This document shows, piece by piece, positions 36,608 through 47,914 of a stretch of DNA of 64,000 nucleotides. Source of the DNA: Macrostomum lignano (lineage: Eukaryota); contig NIVC01003065.1 of NCBI GenBank assembly GCA_002269645.1, positions 1 through 64,000 of the forward strand, given 5' to 3'. The notes under the pieces were generated by a model. That model searched no databases, was not told where the DNA came from, and saw nothing but the letters and a program-made list of their open reading frames with translations. Numbering within the stretch: position 1 is the stretch's first letter; each line of letters starts with the position of its first letter. A program made the translations under genes and the position numbers.

Positions 36608-37350
36608 GCTTTTTGCAGCCCATTTGGGCTTACGCGCATTGAATTTAATCCAAGATATGTTTGCCAATGTAACAGAGCTTTTGTCTATGGTAGCAAGGCT
36701 GGCACAGCGGCATTTATTTTAGTCCAACAAGCATCAATTTGGTCCATTTAGTTCATTTGCAGCTCAGTCCCAGAATTGTGGACCATATGCTAGGCTATTG
36801 AATGAATTTCATTGGCTTGTGATCGAAGCACTCGACGGAGGTGAACACCCAAAGGACATTGCAAGGTTGCTGAATGTAAAAGAAAAGGTGGTTTACAGCA
36901 TCCAGCAGCGCGTTGAAACTCTGCCGGCAGAGATTGCCTGCGAAAGGGTGGCAATCGCCAAGGAAAGTTGCTCGAGAGCCTCAGGTCCAACTGCTACTCG
37001 ATGCAGTGGAGACGAACCCTTTGTTGACGTTGCAGAAAATGCAGCAGAAGTTGAGGGAACAGCTCCAGTTGGTTATCAGATTTCTACTATCAGCAGAGCT
37101 CTGGAAAAGCAACTGAAAATTTTTGGTAGAGACGCTGACATTCCAGCGGTGCGCAACAACCTGCAGACGGTTGAGATAAGGCAGGAGTTTGTACAATGGC
37201 TCACGAGTGTTTGGACCAAATTGATGCTTGTTGGACCAAATTAAATGCCGCTGCGCCAGCCTTGCTACCATAGACAAAAGCTCTGTTACATTGGCAAACG
37301 TATCTTGGATTAAATTAAATGCGCGTAAGCCCAAATGGGCTGCAAAATGC
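36608..37350 (+). mobile_element. Internally deleted Tc1/IS630-like element, ~140-bp TIRs, TA flanks, frameshifted N-terminal transposase half
   Basis: TA|GCTTTTTGCAGCCC ... GGGCTGCAAAATGC|TA. HTH1 LVIEALDGGEHPKDIARLLNVKEKVVYSIQQR; the second HTH is split across frames (ETNPLLTLQKMQQKL / ISTISRAL..RNNLQTVEIRQEFVQWL). No DDE domain and no in-frame ATG. Confidence 0.8.
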
Positions 37351-37375
37351 TAGCTGATAACTGATGTAACTGATA

Positions 37376-38223
37376 TTGGTTTTGACAATCAATATGAGAA
37401 AATGGACAATCAAAATGAAAACAGCCGTAGATCTGCATGCAGCAGCTCAGCTCAGCTTCGCAGCAGCTGCGGCTTAGGCCATAGACTTTTGACGATCGAA
37501 ATGAGAATTGGACAATCAAAATGGCAACGCGCGGTTAGTTTAGCGAGGCAGCATATTTAAGCATTAGCCAGCCATCTTTCTCAGCCATCTCTCCAGTTTG
37601 CTGGTGATGGCATCACCTGTGAGCCCAGATGACAGACGTCGGCTCATCGAGGCAATAGATCGAGGCACACCGGTCACGGACGCAGCAATAATCCTTCAGC
37701 TGTCAAGTTCAACTGCTCATCGCATCGTGAGGCTGTACAGGAATGAGGGAAGGATGAACGGTATGCCTGACATCGTTGAGGAAGAGGCAGTTGCCCCAGA
37801 AGGCGTGAACCAGGAAGAGTGGCGTTACATGCTGCTGGAGAGAGTGGCGCGTGAGTCATTGCCTGAAGCCGTGACTCCAGACAAGGCAGCTGCGTGGGAA
37901 TTGCGCTGCTTCCGTCAGCTTGGACGCTGCCTTGCTGGGCAGGAGTTCTGAACCTATGCTGCTGGACTGCTGTGTTTCCATCATTTTTCTGACTGTGTTG
38001 CCATTTCTGTTTGTCAATTTCTCGTTTCTATTGTTAAAATTTCATTCAAATAAACGCGCACACTGCTCCCGTTGCCATTTTGATTGTCCAATTCTCATTT
38101 CGATCGTCAAAAGTCTATGGCCTAAGCCGCAGCTGCTGCGAAGCTGAGCTGAGCTGCTGCATGCAGATCTACGGCTGTTTTCATTTTGATTGTCCATTTT
38201 CTCATATTGATTGTCAAAACCAA
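37376..38223 (+). mobile_element. 848-bp Tc1-like mini-element with perfect 154-bp IR/DR-type TIRs, TA TSD and an intact 114-aa ORF (37607-37951)
   Basis: Arms 37376-37529 and 38070-38223 are exact reverse complements, each with three GACAATCAA(A/T)ATG repeats. The ORF is an N-terminal HTH (VSPDDRRRLIEAIDRG..VTDAAIILQLSSSTAHRIVRLYRNEGR) plus a transposase-like C-terminal helix (VTPDKAAAW..RC..QLGRCL). Confidence 0.88.
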
Positions 38224-38697
38224 TACTAAGAATTATTAAGCAGCACTAAGCTTTACTTTTAACGACTACGAGGCTGACATTAACTAGATACTTATATGCA
38301 TACGAGTTTTTTTTTACTTACTGAAGTTGGCCATAGATTATTGCAGCGGGCGGGATGCTGTGCGTTTCTCCCCGTTTCAACACGCCTAGGCTGACTATAA
38401 TTCTATGGCCAAGGGTATGTGAACAAATGCATGCTGCTTACAGCAGGAAGCAATTAAAAAATCGGAATTTCGTGGCATGAAAGCTAAAATAAGCCACTAA
38501 CTTTTAAGGCATATCATTTTTAACACACACTAATACTTGTGGAAGCAAGCAAAAGTGACACAACTTCTGGGACACCCCTCGTACATAAATATTAGTGCGT
38601 CACTGTCTAGAAGAGTACTGTATTTTTTCTGCAGTAGCAAATACTTCCACGCGCAAAGAATTTTGAGCCTATGTCTCTATGCATTATTTGGCGCGTT

Positions 38698-39233
38698 TGA
38701 GTAGTTAAGAGGATTAGTGAAGATGATTGAGTAGTCAAGAGGATTTTTTAAGATGTTTGAGTAGACAAGAGGATTAGTGAAGATGTTTGAGTAGCCATAA
38801 AGATTAGTGAAGATGATTGAGTAGCCATGAAGATTAGTGAAGATGTTTGAGTAGCCATAAAGATTAGTGAAGATGTTTGAGTAGCCATGAAGATTAGTGA
38901 AGATGTTTGAGTAGCCATAAAGATTAGTGAAGATGTTTGAGTAGCCATGAGGATTAGTGAAGATGTTTGAGTAGCCATAAAGATTAGTGAAGATGATTGA
39001 GTAGCCATGAAGATTAGTGAAGATGTTTGAGTAGCCATAAAGATTAGTGAAGATGATTGAGTAGCCATGAGGATTAGTGAAGATGTTTGAGTAGCCATAA
39101 AGATTAGTGAAGATGATTGAGTAGCCATGAGGATTAGTGAAGATTATTGAGTAGCCATGAGGATTAGTGAAGATGTTTAAGTAGACAAGAGGATTAGTGA
39201 AGATGATTGAGTAGCCAAGAGGATTAGTGAAGA
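38698..39233. repeat. 30-bp minisatellite (GAGTAGCCATGAAGATTAGTGAAGATGTTT), about 18 copies, with alternating ATAA/ATGA variants
   Basis: Read directly; the ORFs over it have a 10-aa period. Confidence 0.96.
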
Positions 39234-39444
39234 GGGGGTTGCAACACAGCAACACAAACCCTGGCCCTCCCAAACGCACCCCGACACAACATCGAAGTGA
39301 TCTCACCTCAACTACAAGGCAAATTATAAACTTTACCGTCGATATTTAAACATTAAGTTTTGCCGATAAGTCACCGATAAAAAACCGAGAATCAAATGTG
39401 CGTACTCTTCTTTGATGTGTAATTCACTTAATGTAATTTCACTA

Positions 39445-39518
39445 GGGGGTTGCAGCCTAGTGGTTAAGATCGCGTCAGACTCATAACTGAAAGCTCGGGG
39501 TTCGATTCTCGACCCCCT
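39445..39518 (+). pseudogene. tRNA-Met(CAT)-like sequence, probably a pseudogene or SINE head (possible body to an A-rich end near 39650)
   Basis: Acceptor stem GGGGGTT/GACCCCC, A-box GCAGCCTAGTGG, anticodon arm TCAGA-CTCATAA-CTGA (1-nt deletion), B-box GGTTCGATTC. The T-stem is imperfect. Confidence 0.7.
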
Positions 39519-40029
39519 CGATAAACTTACTTGATTAAACTTAATTGCAAGTGTGCATCTCAAAGGAAGAACCAATGCTTACTTCGTTTGAGATTCTGAC
39601 GTTCAGAAGGTGAGGCATTAGGAATTTAGGTAAAAAAACGAAAAAAACATGCATATCTACCTTGCTAGCGAAAAACGAATTTTGATGATAATATTTTAGT
39701 GTACTTTTACTTGTGCTTCGTTGTCTGTAATTGGTCTTGCATCGATTTGTTTATTAGCGTGACTCAGAATTGGCCAAAACAAGATTTCATCTGTCAGAGT
39801 TTCATGAACTTCACGTTTATCACAATTTCAATGTTCAATGCAGACAGTTGGTTTGTAAACTGGAAACTTGAAATGCTGACCAGAGAGAATCTCTAACCGA
39901 ACTTCCTGCACTCTCTGCTGTGCAAAGCACCGTGCTGGACTTTATTTATTGGCATTTTCCGTCAAGCATTAGACAAGCGTGCAACTGCAGACTTCAGAAA
40001 ATGAAATTTTCAAATACCATTAGAGCGAT

Positions 40030-42163
40030 ATGAAGTTTCTGGCTTACATTCTGCTTACTGTATCTGCCATTGAAGGTTTCACAGCCGCGCCTTCGGGACT
40101 GTGTAAGATGGCGGCAGTGTGGTGATTGTCCATATTCTTTTGAATAATTAGAATTTGAAGGAAAATTTTTTATATAAATTTAAATGCTTCAGGTCGACTA
40201 AAAATCGCTCGCAACAGGATCGCCAGCACATGGCAGTCATCTTACTATACAACAGCCAATAATGAATCAACGTGCTTTAACTCTCAATCAGAAAGCAAGT
40301 CGGGACAATGGGACTTCATTCATTCCGGTGAATACAGCTCGTCGGCAGTTGACGGATTTCATTGGTTTGTCATTTTGCTAAATCAGAGTGAAAAAATTTG
40401 GTCGGTCTCTGTTGAAAGTAGAGGTAAGGACTTCAGAAGCTTACTGAACATCGGTGGCTTGCTGTGCATGTGATGGCTTAATGAAACTTTTCAATAAAAC
40501 ATTTCAGCTGATTCCATAGTAAAAGGCCGCGCAGTAGACGTTGAGCTTTACGCCTCACAGTTGGATTTGAGCAGCCAGCTCGGCCCCGAGCACTGCAGCT
40601 CTGAGCAAATCCGTTCGGTTTTCATTTTGAACCCGTCAGCTTGGAACTACTGCGGCAAAACAAAACCACATGCACATGTGAATGACAACTACCTGACTGT
40701 AAGATGCGACCAAACGGTGCGTATAAGTCGCAGTAATCTGTTTAGTTTGCCATTCTCTTTTTATAAAACTATTTCTATTTTAAACCTATTCAGGTTCGTA
40801 TGTTGTTGCTTAGAAAGTTCGTTAGGAACTTGTCGAATAGGGATCATCAGTGCATGAACATTGTGAACATGTGGTTGAATCACGTTTATATAAACTGTAA
40901 GTTTTTTTCAGTATAATTTTATTGCTTGCAAAAAACATATTTGATTCTTTTGTCTTAGGACTCTTGTTTGAATTCTTATTTCTAGTATATAGGACTAGTA
41001 ATCTATTGCCCCCTTTCGGGGGGCTAATAAGCAAGGGACGGATATTATTTATGTGAATTCTGTTTTCCTGCAATTCTGGGGGATCTTAGTGTTAGTATAT
41101 AAGATAGGTTATTTCGCTTTTGTTATTATTTTGGAATAGATCAGTCACTAGCATTTCAAACTATCAATAATTTTTTGTTTAGCTTCGTACAAAAACAGCT
41201 TCAAAATAATGCAACCTACATACGTCAGATCTGCCAGGCCGATACAAAATCACCACAGAATTCGGCAACTGCAATGCAGCATCAGCTCCAAGCGCTGATA
41301 TCAAATTCACCTTTGAGTCTCCAGATGCATCCACGCACCTGTGCAGAGCATCAGACTCTAACGGCAAGCAGTTGAAAATTACGGCCGTGAAAAATCCAAC
41401 CTGCGATGTGGCTGACAATGTCCTGAGGTCCCAGTGGCTGTGCTCGAATTGTAGCAGCTCAGCCAATGTGTCAGTAATCTGCCAAGCAGATAGTCAGCAT
41501 CAAGTTAAACAGTTCATTACTACGGATTGCGCGAAGAGTAGTAAGTTATTTTTTAAAATTACATGGCAGAAGGGAAACATTTTTGCAGAAAATATTTATC
41601 ATATTTGTCGTCAAAATTTTAGATATTTTGTTTGTGGTCAAGGTGCTGACAGTTATTTTCACTTCGTTAGTATTGGCGTGCGTTTTAATCATCTTTGCTC
41701 TCAAGAAGGTAAGAATTGTGCAATGCAGAACTTCAGTCTGCTAAACAGAGTGCTACCAGTAAACTAACTTGAGCTCCATTTATACTTGTACAAACCATCA
41801 GTTCTGCAGTCAGCCTCGGAGCAGCAAAAAAGAACTCCCAGATGAACCTCCAGCAGCGGTCCCTTCTCAGCCAATGACCGACTTGAACCTCGATGCCGAG
41901 CAAGCCGGGGCAGCAACAACCACAGCCAATGTCGCCCAGCCCAGCATATCAATGCAAGCAGCAGCTGCCGATGAGTTTTACATTAACTCTAAACTCTTTC
42001 GGGTGAGTCTGGAGATTATCAAAACAAGATTGGTCCCTTTATTTTCAAGTTTACATTGTCCATTCCCATCAATACTTGCGTGTCGCAGAGCAGAAGGCTT
42101 AACGGAGACGTCACCGAATATTTGGACATCGTCTCAATTGGCGTTGTGCGGCAACCAAAATGA
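40030..42163 (+). CDS. Uncharacterised type I transmembrane receptor-like protein, about 429 aa, 8 exons: 40030-40102, 40193-40423, 40508-40716, 40794-40896, 41229(?)-41540, 41623-41708, 41802-42002, 42089-42163
   Basis: Signal peptide MKFLAYILLTVSAIEG; consecutive GT-AG exons join in phase (1,1,0,1,1,0,0); TM exon NILFVVKVLTVIFTSLVLACVLIIFALKK; cytoplasmic tail ends ...VTEYLDIVSIGVVRQPK*. The exon 5 acceptor is uncertain because the stronger AG at 41182 leads out of frame. Confidence 0.8.
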
Positions 42164-43076
42164 TTTTTGGCATGTTCAATGAACGAAAAAAATGTTTCGT
42201 TCAGAACTACTAATTGGATCGTGGGTTCTGACAGTCTATTGGCGAGTGATGTTTGTAATTATTAAATGAAAGGTTTAATTCGATAACTCGCTGCCACCTC
42301 TAGAATTTGTGGCTTTTTAATCCTAGTACTTAAGGTAAAAAACACACTAAGCAATAAGCAATGTTATCCTTCTTATTTATTGTTTTCCAATACCGTCTGC
42401 TTTGTCAGAGCAAAGTCCAACTGCTTTCTATTTTTTGCTATCTCAGCAGCCCACCATTTAATCTAACTGCTAACATTTCCCCTGAAAAAAGCTACTTACA
42501 GTAGCGTAAAAGCAAATCTGCTTATTACGTAATTATATTAACCACTACACTTACTCAATCGCTGGCTTCTGACTAAGCAATCGAGAAAGTAAATGCATAT
42601 GCATAATTACGCTGTTTTGTGTAGGTACTCGTAATGATAAAATGGCGGTATTTTAGTTTTTTAAATGTATTTTTGCTTAAATTTTGTTAACACACCCATT
42701 ATCCATATATACTTTCACTAACCAAGCATACATTTAATGAAAACGCCTATTAATTCGTCATTGCACTAGTAATAACTATATCCAAGAGCTTTCAATTTTG
42801 ATTCAAAGGAAAAACCTTGTAGTGTTCATCAACGCAAAGGCTGTGCGTGTAATGTAATTTCAGTCACGTTAATCTCATTAACAGTGAGCTTTTTTCAAAA
42901 ATCAAATCAAAAAAACAATCTACAACAAAAAAAGAAAATTCAAGTAGCGGATGAGAATTCTAATTTTGCAATACAGTTTTTCTCATATATTACCAAATGG
43001 AGTAGGGTCTTGCATCGATTACATTTTCTTACAAGGAATATAAGGAAAATATAGTGTGATAGGAATAGGGACATAA

Positions 43077-43515
<439 letters not shown>

Positions 43516-44477
43516 GAGTCAAGTACAAGCAAAAGTTTGGCTGTAAAATCCCAATGTGAGGCAGATAAGCCCCGTAATGCTGTCAAGTAGATTGAATAGC
43601 TATAGCCGGGCAGTCGAGTCCGTCGACTCCTCCATCAGCCAAGCCAGCGATGTGCTGCAGTGCGCTGCACAGGCTGCCAAGGACCTGCTCGCTCACCAGC
43701 TGCTAGTTTTCATCCCTCGAGACGGTGCTCAGCAGCTCCAGTGCATCGTGGTTGAGTGAGTCCTGGCTGCATTGGTGTTGCTGGGAAGTGTTGTGTTTGA
43801 ACTGTCGGTCTCACATTGTCTGTTGTGTGTGAGCAGTCACTCTTACTGCACTGTTGTCTTCTTTATTCTTTATTTTATCCTCCTTTCATGAAGTTTTGAG
43901 CTTAGTAAGTTATAGTCTCTTTGACAATATGAAACTTTGAGCTTGTTAAAGCAATTAACCAATTCTCGTCCATGAAGGCCAACACAGAGTTCCACAAAAT
44001 GAGACACCGTCAAGCGGTAGACAGAGTAAAAAGTCTACTATAAGGAGAATTCACATCTCCGGCCAGCTGTCGACTTGCTCGGGACTGTATAAACTTGCTT
44101 CTCACGGAATTCCAAGTCAGTGCAGGGGAGACGTTTTCGTTGTCATGACAACTAGCTAAGTCTTTGACAAGCCCGTTAGCAGGGACAGAAAGGCAATTAA
44201 ACTGCCAGTTTGAATGAAAGCCTTAGAGTCTCAGCAAACGCCTGGGTGTAGGTTTGATGCTAAAAAGGGAAACTCTTCACATTCAACGTTTTCAATGCTA
44301 GTCGTGGATGCAAAAATCTTGCATGGCTCCGCTTTGAGAGCGTCAATCCCAAAACGTAAGCCAACTAAGAGAATGACAATTTGAAATAAAAAATCCCCTT
44401 CTCAAAGCAGCCGTCCTAGGATTACCTAGACCGCAGCTGAGACACTAACCGGCAGTCGCGGCAGTGCAGTTCAGGAC

Positions 44478-45008
44478 GGTGAATCATGGATGAATCAGGA
44501 GGTGAATAGTGGGTGAATCATGGATGAATCAGGAGGTGAATAGTGGGTGAATCATGGATGAACCAATGGGTGAATCGGTGGGTGAATCATATGGATGAAC
44601 CAATGGGTGAATCGGTGGGTGAATCATGAATGAATCAGGAGGTGAATAGTGGGTGAATCATGGATGAATCAGGAGGTGAATAGTGGGTGAATCATGGATG
44701 AATCAGGAGGTGAATAGTGGGTGAATCATGAATGAATCAGGAGGTGAATAGTGGGTGAATCATGGATGAACCAATGGGTGAATCGGTGGGTGAATCATAT
44801 GGATGAACCAATGGGTGAATCGGTGGGTGAATCATGGATGAACCAATGGGTGAATCGGTGGGTGAATCATGGATGAACCAATGGGTGAATCGGTGGGTGA
44901 ATCATGGATGAACCAATGGGTGAATCGGTGGGTGAATCATGGATGAACCAATGGGTGAATCGGTGGGTGAATCATATGGATGAACCAATGGGTGAATCGG
45001 TGGGTGAG
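44478..45008. repeat. 34/35-bp minisatellite built from GGTGAATC sub-units, in two interleaved variants
   Basis: Unit spacings of 34 (44481, 44515) and 35 (44821, 44856). Confidence 0.94.
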
Positions 45009-45756
45009 TGATTTGCAGTAAACATTGCGAAAGCGACAGGATAAATATTTTCTTACTTGCATGCCACTATCGAGAAATGACCAATGGAAGCCGTTAACCA
45101 AGCGAATTCAAGGAACCTTTAAAGTAAAAGTGAAACCCTTTGTCAACAAAGTGTGGCGACAGAGCAGTTGGACATCTTTTCTTGGGCTTGAGGATAAGAA
45201 TAACTGTTACTGCATTCACTGTGTCACGATAGCTAGCCACAGGCAGCCTTCGTGTCGTAACTATAAATAGTAACTATGTAAAGTCACCTGGCTTGTTTCT
45301 GCCACGCGGCATCTGTTGACTGCAGTGGCTAATAAGAGCTTTGCGCTGCCATTCATTGGAGAATGCAGCTGACTAAAAAAGCTGCAACGGAGGGGAAGGC
45401 GGTAAAAAACAAATTCTGAATAAGTTTTAAAGAGCCCAGCTAGAAAACATTCAGCAAAGCTTGCATATGAAGCTGAAATAATACGTCTATAGGAAACTTT
45501 GTCCTTTGCTGTCATTGCCTTCAGCTCACCAAACAACTCAATTGGGAGAGACTGTACTGCGAACAATAGACCTTTGAGACTCCTCATTTTTCTCCCAGGG
45601 GAGATTTATACTTAAGGAGACATTACATCCGAGAGCCGAGGGAAAAGCATTAAAGTAAATAAGCTGCTGAGAAGCCCCAGTCTGCAGCTGCATTGCAATT
45701 GTCAAAATCCAATTAAAAAGCAAGAACGAGTTCGCTATCTACAGCGTCACCAAGGC

Positions 45757-46671
45757 ATGAGTTGCAGCATCCTAACTGGACTGATTTCGGTGATGCTGCT
45801 GCCACTCCTGGTGCACTGCGGCAATGGAACCCTGCACAGCAGCATCTCGCTCGGCGGCTGCGTGGTGCCGCAGACTCCGCAGCACTCGCTGGCGGCCTCG
45901 AGTGCCCGCATGTGCGCCTTCCTGTGCTCTCAGCTCCGTCGTCCCTGCATCGCCTGGAGCCACCGCGCAGGCGTCTGCAACATGTCGGACAGCCTCCAGA
46001 CCGCCAGTCTGACGAACGACACCGACTGCCTCGTCGCCTTCTGGCCCATGAGCAACGCCACTCGGACTCGCAATGTGGTCTCGAACAGCGGCCATCTCGA
46101 CCTGCAGGAGAACATCCCGATGCAGTACACGGACAGCGCCGTCAACTTCACTGGTCAGTCGGGTGTGTCAGAGCGGTTCAACATTGACCAGCTGACTTCG
46201 GTGTGTCTCACCAGCCTCACCATGTCAGTGTGGGTCAAGGTCACCAATGCCTCGAGAACCATGCTGCCACTTCTTGAGGGCATAACCATGCCTAATACAT
46301 TTCACACTCGACTGGGGCTTGAGCTGTCATTGTCTCGAATTCAGTTCATCGTTTTATCCCCACAGTCTAGCACCTTTATTCCTTTTTCAATGAACGATGG
46401 CACCGGCTGGACTCACATCGCGGCCGTTTACGACAGGGCGACACCGGGACTGATGATGAACATGTACATCAACGGAACTAAAGTCAACCAGGCAAGCGGC
46501 TCGGCGGCCACCCTGACATCTTGCGCGGACTTCGGCACCAGCGTGCAGATTGGAGCCACCAGCCGCTATGCCGAACATAACCGAGTGTTTCAGGGTTACA
46601 TGCGCTGCTTCGGAGTGTCGGAGAGAGCTCTGGGCCACAGTGAAGTTGCATCGTTGATGCAGCTGTGCTGA
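45757..46671 (+). CDS. Secreted protein, 304 aa: PAN/apple-like domain plus concanavalin A/LamG (pentraxin-like) domain; intronless
   Basis: Hydrophobic N-terminus ending ..LLVHC; SARMCAFLCSQLRRPCIAWSHRAGVCNM has PAN Cys spacing; SLTMSVWVK, WTHIAAVYD, MYINGT, VQIG and FQGYM are LamG-3 motifs. Confidence 0.88.
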   Translation: MSCSILTGLISVMLLPLLVHCGNGTLHSSISLGGCVVPQTPQHSLAASSARMCAFLCSQLRRPCIAWSHRAGVCNMSDSLQTASLTNDTDCLVAFWPMSNATRTRNVVSNSGHLDLQENIPMQYTDSAVNFTGQSGVSERFNIDQLTSVCLTSLTMSVWVKVTNASRTMLPLLEGITMPNTFHTRLGLELSLSRIQFIVLSPQSSTFIPFSMNDGTGWTHIAAVYDRATPGLMMNMYINGTKVNQASGSAATLTSCADFGTSVQIGATSRYAEHNRVFQGYMRCFGVSERALGHSEVASLMQLC

Positions 46672-47249
46672 GCAAAATTCTACTGGATAGCTGTTAATTG
46701 CTGGCAGTTGAGGAGAATACAGCTAGCTATTTAGAGTTTCCAACTCCGTCAACACTTCAGATCTTCTTGCAATCCTTTAACGAACGAACGAACACTTGAT
46801 TAACATTTTTTTAACTCGACCAGGCATATCATGTCAATTAGTTAATAGAGCAGGGAAGCTCAACCATTAATTCGACCCTCTTACCGTCCATAACTGGACA
46901 TGTGTCAAGCAAAGTTAAAAAATTGAAAAAATTCTACGAGGCAAACTTGAATAAGTATGAACGTATGTTATTTCTCTGCTAGATGTATCTTTTTACTGAA
47001 TTGGTTATATCAAGAGAAGCAAATTATTTTCAGACTTTTGTTTCTATCGCATGTACGAAGTAGATCTCGCATATTTTCTTAAATATTTTATTACCTACTA
47101 TAACGTCCACTATTATAACTTTCAGATTTTGTTGTCACAGATTCAATAAATTCAAACCAAAAACCCCTGTCATATAAACAGCTACCAAATAGCAAAACTT
47201 CAATTACAAGAATTGGCCTAATTGACTTACCTGGGCTACCTCACTTATA

Positions 47250-47378
47250 GAAATATAGCTGTTCTACATGTTAACAAAAAATACAAATACCTCGCCCACT
47301 CTTGTCAGAGTTAATTCCTACAGTCTGGATGCAAGAATCGGTCGAATCTTGGAAATTGTCATGGAGTTATCCATTAAC
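47250..47378 (-). pseudogene. Truncated paralogue remnant of the glycosyltransferase 3' end plus 3' UTR
   Basis: Encodes LMDNSMTISKIRPILASRL*, versus LMDNSMTISRILPTLTCRL* at 54004-54065. The downstream UTR also aligns (GTTCTACA..AACAAAAAA). Confidence 0.85.
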
Positions 47379-47910
<532 letters not shown>

Positions 47911-47914
47911 GCTA

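Noticed and set aside
43940-44460. Helical-looking broken frames (ELVKAINQFSSMKANTEFHK...)
   Set aside because: Multiple stops and no recognisable family, so I cannot support a call without a search.
45025-45587. W..FL..EDK..CYC..C as a TTF/BED zinc finger of a hAT transposase, and the opposite-strand 108-aa ORF
   Set aside because: The resemblance is too weak and no other transposase motifs or termini were found.
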